Source: Octopus vulgaris | Lineage: Eukaryota | Reading direction: 5' to 3' | NCBI GenBank assembly: GCA_951406725.2 | Contig: OX597829.1 | Span: forward strand, 25,048,001-25,112,000 | DNA: 64,000 nucleotides | Shown here: positions 55,620 through 64,000 of the stretch, in pieces | How the letters are laid out: each line of letters begins with the position of its first letter | Position numbering within the stretch: the first letter of the stretch is position 1 | Program-made: the position numbers and the translations under genes | Notes under the pieces: generated by a model | What the model saw: only the letters and a program-made list of their open reading frames with translations | Database searches by the model: none | What the model was told of the DNA's origin: nothing

Positions 55620-55765
55620 TATTTCTGTGTTCCTTTCTATCAAAGAGCATAGGCTCGAAATATAAAAGATTTTCTCACTTCCTGAGTGTTAAACTAATGC
55701 ATCTGTTTGTTGTTTACACACCTGTCTTCGTCTTTTGTTTTTGTGTAAATTCTCACTATATATAT
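55620..55765 (+). mobile_element. Penelope-like terminal fragment with a decayed hammerhead ribozyme
   Basis: GAGC-atag-GCTC stem immediately followed by GAAA (55645-55660); the CTGANGA box is mutated. A related inverted fragment lies at ~16296-16365. Confidence 0.5.
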
Positions 55766-56165
55766 GTATGAGAGAGAGAATGATGATGTATGATTGGGTT
55801 GGTTACAAGGGAGTGAGAAGAGGCAGACTTAATATGTGAGGAGATGAGAGATGTAGGGTGGCAGGGAAGGCTTGAGGAGAAAATCAGGTAGGGATCCCAA
55901 TTGTGTGTGTGTGTATGTGTGTGCATATACATAGGTATATATAATTAAGGTGTGTGTGTAAGTTTGTGTCTCCTTGTCTTGGTGACACTGATACTCATTT
56001 ACAACTACCACATTGCATGATAGTTGTAAATGAGTGTTAAGTGATAATGCCCTAACCCTATAATTATAATATCAGTGTTTACCTACTTGTTCTATTATAA
56101 ATGCTTTGGTATTGATTATTCATCAATCAATGATTATAATGTCATGCACTCTCATCTACGATCTA

Positions 56166-56667
56166 CAAGGGCTATTGCAAAAGTTTTGACCCCCCAACAT
56201 ATTTAAGAATACTTTAATTTTTCATCAAAGTCACCATTAACCTCTCTGCTCTATAAGACATATTTAACAGCAGTGACCTTATCCTTAGGGGTTATTTTCT
56301 TATTACTCAACTTGCTTGCAGTTTGTCTATGAAAGACTGCTTTCCTTGAAGATATTCAATTGGTCAATGTTTGACTGTTGAAAGGTACGAACAGCACTCT
56401 TCACAGTACATATTTCACCTGAGGTCATTAATTTCCTGTGATGCAGTCATCTCCAGAATATTAAAAAAAAAATCTGATAACAGCATGAGGCTTTAAATGC
56501 TAATTGATCTTGTAAAAATCACAAAATATTTCCATGCTATAATTTATAGCTTATCTACTTCAAAATCCAACTTGCCAAAACAGAAATGTTATAAAAAGCA
56601 ATGAAAATAATTGGGGATTTCTATCAAAGGACCATAGTCAGAGTGAAAACTTTTGGAATGTCTATTG
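56166..56667. mobile_element. Tc1/mariner-type non-autonomous element
   Basis: Imperfect TIRs ta-CAAGGGCTATTGCAAAAGTTTTGAC and GTGAAAACTTTTGGAATGTCTATTG. Confidence 0.55.
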
Positions 56668-56871
56668 TGTATTGAATTAACTTGAAAATTGTAAATGAAT
56701 TGGTTCTTTCAGCTATTTGAATATTCTTTTTTTTTTTTTTTTTGTGACTGCCTGATAATCTATATTATTGATAAACAAAAGGGAATTCATCATTTCATGC
56801 CAGAGACCAAAGAATTTTCTAGCATTTTGTATGTATGTATGTATGTATGTATGTGAGTGTGTATGTGTATG

Positions 56872-56904
<33 letters not shown>

Positions 56905-58107
56905 ATATATGTATATATATATAAATATATGTATATATATATATGTATGTATATATAACTTTTACAAGAGTGGTGACGGACTTTGAAGTCATTAATCACC
57001 CCTTTTCTTGCAAAGGTTTAATAAATATATACTCTACAAAAAATATTGAGTTCAGTTTAATGTAAAATTGTTTGTATTATAACTCTCCATGAAAACAGAC
57101 ATTATATATGCGTGTGTGTGTGCGTGTATATATATATATATATATATGTATATACAGAGAGAGAGAGAGAGAGAGGTCACACATACAATTCTTCTACCAG
57201 AAAAAAAAAACTTTATTATATATGTCTGGGCCTTTTTTCCATTTACCAGATGCTGAAGGGGCCTGCTGAAAACCTTAAGTATCTGTTCTTAACAACACAC
57301 TAACATAGCAACTAATTTTGCAATATAATCCACTTGCTGCTGTAGAACACTACTAGACCTCCTCAAGTTATACTGATTATATTCATCTACTTAAAGACAT
57401 ATTGATAAAAGTGATCAAATACCTTTGTGTTGTGACAGATCAATTATTGAAGACAGAGTTTTTAGCTTAAAATGTTTTTATCTTTACCTAAATAGAAAAA
57501 AATTTATTAAATCCTTACTACATTCGCTGTTTAGCAAATCATTTTAAAATCATCTTGAAGATATTATTTAAGAGAGAAAAAAACCTTGTCAGACACAACT
57601 ACATATCTTGTGTGCTTTTATTTATATTGTTTTCTATGTTAATGTGTGTGTGTGTATATATGAATAAGAATGTTTGTACAGTCACACATACACACACATA
57701 TATGCTTATATAATAAAGTTCACACACAAGCATGCTTTGGTATTAAGTTGTTGATATACATAAATGTACATAAAAGGAAATACACAGTAAAGTTTATGTT
57801 TTAAATGTGTGTATTGTTTGTGAAATTGTTATAAATTATGTTTGCCAGCATTATGAAAGGCTGGATTGCATTCATTCATTAATCTAAATCTAATGTTTTT
57901 AAGTAGCCAATAATATGGGGGTTTTTGTGTGTGTGTTGAATTGTCTTGAAATATGTTTTGTGTGGACTTGCTTGCATATATTACTAAACATCTGTTTAAA
58001 AATACATGTTTACATATACACATTCAGCCTCTGAGTGTGTGTCTATGTATGTATGTATGTACGTATATCTGTGTGTGCATATGTATGCATATGTGTGTGT
58101 ATATACA

Positions 58108-58146
<39 letters not shown>

Positions 58147-59074
58147 GTGAATATATATGCCCATACATAAACATATCTCTCATCATACATGCATATGCAC
58201 ATGCAGAAACAGACACACAATTTGAAACAAATTTGTCAATCCTTAACATCTCATTTCAAATTTGTTTGCTTTAAACTATCTGCTGTAGGTGTTTTCTTTT
58301 GTTTTGTTTGTTTTTTTTTTTTTTTGTTGTTTCTTTTTCTTTTTCCTTTTTTTTAAGAGTATTTAGAAGTCTATTGTTCTGCTCACCAACCATTCAAGTT
58401 GTCTTGGTATTTGAAGACCAAACATTTTTAACATTTGCAATGCTAAGAAGAAAAAAAGAGATGGATTTGTAAAAAATGTTATGAATACATAATACATTAA
58501 AAAAAAAAAGTTGAATATATATACATATGTGTTTTAGTCCATTTATTGCATGAATTTATATGCAATTTCATCACCAGAGATAACAGATCTAATGACAGCA
58601 GTATTAATTGTTGTCCACAACAGCAATTGTATATTTCTGCTCTTAGTTCTTCCTTGACCAACCTTTGAATCATCTTTACATGCATTTTTTTTTTTTTTTG
58701 TTATACTTTACCTGACCATTTATTACCTGTAATACCAGCAGGTAACCTTTATGGGCAATTATTGAGTTTCTGTGTCTGATGACTGAACTATCTCAATTAC
58801 CTTCACTGTAGTAATAATGGTCGATCGACTAATTTCTTCAAACTCATTTCGCTGGCAGTCATAAAGGCTGCTTCAAAGACTCCACATCATAAATACTCCC
58901 GGGGTATCCAGATATAGTTATTTTTATAATTTCTAATAAATCTTTGCGTAAAACTCAATAAGATTAAGAAATGTCAATAAGTGAAAATACTTAGTGTGTC
59001 TCACTGAATATTGTTTATTCAGTGTAAACATACCACCATATTGGAATAGTGTCCAATAGTTGTTATATTATTGG

Positions 59075-59258
59075 CGCAATTGTAGCTGTGTGCTAAGAAA
59101 TTTGCTTTCCAACCTCATGCTTCTGGTTTAGTCCTGCTGTGTGTTATCTTGGGGAAAAGTGTCTTCTAGTATAAACCTAGAACTGGACCAAAGACTTGTG
59201 AGTGGATTTGGTAGATGGAGACTGAAAGGGAGTCCACTGTGTGTGTGTGTGTGTGTGT
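59075..59258 (+). mobile_element. tRNA-derived SINE, family A (5' half)
   Basis: Colinear with the 9445 copy. Confidence 0.75.
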
Positions 59259-59897
59259 GATCAGGATCATTTAACATGTGTTTTCCATGCTAGTATGAGT
59301 TGGATGGTTTGAACAGGAACTGGTAAGCTGCACCAAGCTTTAATGACAGGTTTGGCATGGTTTCTACAGCTGGATGTCCTTCCAAATTTCATGTCACTGG
59401 TGCTAGTGAGGTTGCCATGTAACTTGCAGGACAGAAAATGAACAGGAGGAAAAAGGAGAACAGCTCTTGCTGCTAGGAGAAACATATTTGAAAGGGGAAG
59501 GTGAATGACACGACCAGGTGTATGATAGAAGAACAAGCACAGTTGTCTTACTATAGAGGAGATACACTACTGAAGGAGATAAGCCTGTGGTAAGTGATGG
59601 GGTGCTAGAACAAACTCACAAGGAACAAGAAGGTGACCATCAGAGGACAAGGACAGTGAATTGTGGGAGGGGATGAGAGTGGATAATTTCATAAGAGTGT
59701 AAGTGAGGAAGTAACAGATTGTTAAAGGGTTGGGGGGGGGGGTCAATATAATGAGTGATAAACAAGGGTGGTGGTGAAGCTGATGAGAAATATCTGTATG
59801 GTGAGAGATATAAGGGTGGCTCGGGAAGTAGAATGGGTAAGAAAGTAGAAAATAGGAAGGATATGCAAGATGTAGGAGTAGTGGAGAGGGAGATATA

Positions 59898-60101
59898 CGA
59901 GGGTATGCTGAAAAGTTCTTGGCTTTGGGTAAAAGAAAATTCAGGAGGATCAGTTAATTCTGATTTTATTCAACAGATTCACACACTTATTGCAGTGGTC
60001 CTTTAGTATTTCTAAGCCCTGAAAAAGAACTCAGAAGGTTGGGCCTCCAACCAAGCCTTTCATGACATCCTTAAAGCCAGGAACTTTTCAACACCCTCTT
60101 G
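59898..60101. mobile_element. Mariner-type MITE
   Basis: ~30-bp TIRs CGAGGGTATGCTGAAAAGTTCTTGGCTTT / AAAGCCAGGAACTTTTCAACACCCTCTTG, flanked by TA. Confidence 0.85.
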
Positions 60102-61405
60102 TAGAAGTACATTGAGGATGATGGCAGATATGAGAGTTAAGAATGGGGTATAGCTGAAGAAGAGAGCAGTGGCTGAAAGTACAGCTAGGAGGTGATTGAT
60201 AGAAATAGTGAGGGCAGGGATGAAAATAAGGAATGGAAGTGTTTCTATGGGAAGGAGTGGGGTGACCAGAAGAGAAGGTATATGATATGTGCCAGTTCCG
60301 CTGAATAGTACCAGATTTGGGGGAGTGAATCAGGAAAAATATTTGGTGTGTCTGATAGAGAGGATAACCAAGTGGTTTTAGGATATCATCGGGCATGTAT
60401 GACAAAGTATTAATGTATTAAGACAAAATTAGGCACAAGCAGTATCAGATGGGGTATGCAAGGTAGAAAGCTGCTAGTATGGTCATGTGAATGAGAACAG
60501 TTGCATAAAGAAGTGCTAATCACTTAAAATGGATAGAATTTGTGAAAGGAGGAGACCCAGGAAGACATAGAATGAAGTATTAAAGGCTGATCTCAAGATA
60601 TTGTGCTTTACATGGGAGAAAACAAAGAACTAAGACGATTGGTATTTTGCTGTGCTTGGCAAGACCTGTCCTTTACAGCAAAAAGGATATCCTAAAACCA
60701 CATTCCTCTGTAGTCTGTCTCCTTGCCTTGACATGATAATTATAAATGATATTTTACATTTACAATCTTTCCTGAAAATATGTCTGGTCATAAGAAGTAC
60801 TACCTTATTTGGAAAGAGGTGAGGATTGGTGGCAAGAAGAGGGCCCCACTGCAGAAAATCTACCTCAACAAATTTTGTGTGATCCAATGCAAACAGAGAA
60901 ATAGACATTAAACGATGATGGTAATAATTATACAAGGAGATAGTGGTTGGCTTTGTACAGTCTTAACTTTACCTGTTGATTAATATGTGGTTGTCATAAT
61001 GTAACTTTGGTGAAATACTTATTTTACTCTAACTGAACTCCTGTCATACAGTATGCCCTCTTTTGATTGCATTCTGATTTGTTTTTGATGTGTTCAGTTC
61101 TATGCAACCACTGTTTAATAATTATGTAGTCTATGACTTTGGCTTACCTTGATGCAGGAATCAATGTTAGCAATGATGTCTGCAAAAGTGAGTTGGGATT
61201 TTTAAAAATCTTTTTTTGGCTAATGGCATCCTCTGGATATTTTCAAAGTGTAGTCAATTCCAATGCAGAAAATTTATGGGGTTAAGGTGTTGCTTTTTTT
61301 GTAATATTCATATGAAAACTGAAATAGCCAAGAATTAGTTATCATCCATCATATTATGAGCTTTCTGACCAGTAGATAGGCTTGCTAATGTAATAAGTTT
61401 GTTAA

Positions 61406-61626
61406 CCCTTTCATTACTGTATTTATTTTGGGATGCTCTTTGTTTCTCTCAATTATTTTAGATGTAACAAAGAATTTAGTAAAATAACTTAGTTATCATT
61501 AAGCTAGTGTTAGGAACATTAATTGTGACTAAGGTTTGGTGGAAGATTTTAATTCAAAACTTATGAAAACAAGACATTTGTGCTACAGAGCCAGAGCTGG
61601 TTTTAGCCGGGTTGGTAATGAAAGGG
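61406..61626. mobile_element. piggyBac-type MITE
   Basis: Perfect TIRs CCCTTTCATTAC / GTAATGAAAGGG; TTAA TSD at 61402-61405 and 61627-61630. Confidence 0.92.
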
Positions 61627-61637
61627 TTAATATGGTA

Positions 61638-62337
61638 CATCATCATCATCATTGTTTAACGTCCACTTTCCATGCTAGCATGGGTTGGACGATTTTGACT
61701 GAGGGCTGGCGAACCAGATGGCTGCACCAGGCTCCAGTCTTGATTTGGCAGAGTTTCTACAACTGGATGCCATTCCTAATGCCAACCACTCCGAGAGTGT
61801 AGTGGGTGCTTTTTACATGCCACCGGCACGGGGGCCAGTCAGGCGATACTGGCAACGACCCCACTCGAATCCTTTTATATATGCCACCAGCACAGGTGCC
61901 AGAAGGCGACTTTGGTAACGATCACGCTCAAATGGTGCCCTTTTACTGGCACGGAAGCCAGTTGGCTGCTCTTGGCACCCTACTAGCACAGGCACAAGTG
62001 CTAGTAAGGTGACACTGGTAACGATCATGCTCGAATGGTGCCCTTTAAGTGCCACTGGCATGGAAGCCGGTTAGCCGCTCTGTCAATGATCACACTTGTA
62101 TGGTGCTCTTTGCACCCTGCCAGCATGGATGCCAGTCATCGATTTTGATTTTGCTTTTGATTGATTGATTTCACTTGCCTCAACAGGTCTTCACAAGCAG
62201 AGTTTTAGTGTCCAAAGGAGGAAAAGGTACGCATAAGTGGGCTGGGTGCGCCCCTGGCATAGGCCATGAGATTATGGTTTCATTTGGCTTGCCTGGTCTT
62301 CTCACGCACGGCATATTTCCAAAGGTCTCAGTCACTA
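61638..62337 (-). mobile_element. Family C retroposon, longest copy in the window
   Basis: Colinear with 12260-12775; array of gtgccac(c/t)ggca subrepeats and (GATTTT)n. Confidence 0.85.
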
Positions 62338-63084
62338 AGCTTATGATTTTGAATATATGATCAAGTGTCAAATATCTTCTTCAACTCTGTGAATTTCACA
62401 TGTGATAGCTAAATTCAAGCAATTCTTGACAGAGCAATTTAGCACATGGTCAACATAGCTGCAATTTTAGCAAACAACCATTGTGATGATAAAAACAATC
62501 CTGTAACTACTATTGCCCTATGACTTTAAGCAGTGATTCATCAATTACCTTTCTCTGTTATTACTAATATTACAAAATCCCATTTTTTTTTTTTTTGCAT
62601 GAAAGTTTTGTGGTAAAATCACAAAAGTTTCAAGAAGACCCATCCACTGCAGCAGGATTGATACTGATGCTGGTGCCACATGAAAAGCAAAAAGTACACA
62701 CTGGTGTGGTTGGCATTTGGAAGGGCATCCAGCCATAGAAACCATGCCAGAGCAGACAATGGAACCTTGGTGTGGCCCCTGGCCTTACCAAGTTCTGATC
62801 AAACCATCCAACCTATTCCAGCATGGAAAACAGACATTAGATGACGATGATGTTTACACCAACTTTCTCACAAACAACATACTCATCTGAATAAGTGACA
62901 GGAATCACAGCACACACATTTTCTTCAAAACTCCTCTCAGAATTTTAGGTTTTTGCAGCTCAAAATTATTTAAAACATTTCAAATTGTTTTTCCAATCTC
63001 ACAGCCAGTAATCCAAGATTCCCAAACTTCTTGCTGTTTAGATGGTCTAAGAATTAATGGTAAGATTTAATAGAGACATAAAAT

Positions 63085-63912
63085 AATTCTTTCTAATTTT
63101 TGGTACAAGACCAGCAAATCTGAGGAAAGAGGAAAAGTTAATTACATCAATTCCTGTTCTTCACTTTTTATTATTTCATGAACCCTGAAAGGATGAAAGA
63201 TAAAGTTGACCTTGGTAGAATTCAAGCTCAGAATGTAATGTGCCAGAAGAAATGCCTCAGCATTTAGTTCCAGTCACTTATTGGCTAATAATAATAATAG
63301 TTTCTACTATAAGTAGAAGACCAACAATTTTTGAGGTGAGCAAGAATTAGTTGATACCATAATATTTGACTGATATTTTAGTTTATTAACCACAAAAAGA
63401 TGAGAGGCCAAGTTAACCTTAATGGGATTTGAACTCAAAGCAAAGAAGAAATACCACAAAGCATTTTGTCCAGCACACTATAATTCAGCCAATAATAATA
63501 ACCTTTTCTACTCTAGGCACAAGGCCCGAATTGTTTGGGGAGGGGGCCAGTCGATTAGATCAACCTCAGTACACAACTGGTACTTAATTTATTGACCCCA
63601 AAAGGAGGAAAGGCAAAGTCAACCTCAACAGAATTTGAACTCAGAACATAAAGACTAAGTACTGCTAAGCATTTCGCCCAGCATGCTAAAGTTTCTGCCA
63701 GCTTGCTGCCTTAATAATGATGATGATTTCAAATTTAGGCACAAGGCCTGCAATTTTTAGGGTTAAGTTGATTAGACCAGGTACTTATTTTATCAACCCC
63801 AAAAGGATAAAAGGTAAAGTCAACCTTGGCAGATTTGAACTCAGAACAAAGACATGAAATGCTGCTAAGTATTTTGCCCAGCATGCTAACAATTCTGCCA
63901 GCTCACCATCTT
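63085..63912 (-). mobile_element. Four head-to-tail family B SINE copies separated by (AAT)n/(GAT)n
   Basis: The block ...aaaggatgaaaggcaaagtc.acct....gatttgaactcagaac... recurs in units at ~63087, 63301, 63502 and 63728, with differing divergence. Confidence 0.8.
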
Positions 63913-64000
63913 AATAATAATAGTGGTCAACTAAAGACACAAGTACAGAACAGGCAATAGAAGCATTAGTAGATACACTTGCCACATGGCCTTAATACCT

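Larger units (their letters stand above)
50211..58960 (+). other. Possible long 3' UTR of the ZDHHC gene; distal AATAAA at 58935-58940 (others at ~57020 and ~57712)
   Basis: U-rich, microsatellite-rich sequence with no further recognisable exons. The true end cannot be determined from sequence alone. Confidence 0.3.

Noticed and set aside
56768-58274. Multiple Cys/Tyr/Ile/His-rich ORFs
   Set aside because: Products of (TG)n, (TA)n and (TATG)n microsatellites.

Overview
AT-rich, microsatellite- and repeat-dense animal genomic DNA. The SINE/RTE repeat families look like those of Octopus (coleoid cephalopod); this is an inference from repeat recognition. The window holds one complete multi-exon gene on the + strand: a DHHC palmitoyltransferase of the ZDHHC2/15/20 subfamily. 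I reconstructed it by hand as 11 coding exons (5871-50210, 1020 nt, 339 aa), all with GT-AG introns in consistent phases. Exons 1-9 are secure; the exon 10 donor and exon 11 are less certain. The left edge carries a likely promoter and first exon of a divergently transcribed gene, with a TATA box and an inverted pair of CCAAT/E2F modules. Between the two promoters lies a decayed Ty3/Gypsy LTR retrotransposon (985-4925). Introns and the 3' region contain Helitron remnants, hAT, piggyBac and mariner MITEs with recognisable TIRs and TSDs, RTE-type LINE fragments, several tRNA-derived SINE families, Penelope-like fragments with degenerate hammerhead motifs, and minisatellites. Almost all ORFs in the supplied track are spurious. 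I found no convincing new biological system. The most noteworthy items are a ~190-bp hammerhead-like segment present both inside the Gypsy pol region and next to the ZDHHC promoter, a ~160-bp-arm fold-back in the intron between the two DHHC-domain exons, in-frame skippable microexons (one carries the catalytic DHHC motif), a candidate poison acceptor, and the palindromic CCAAT/E2F promoter.
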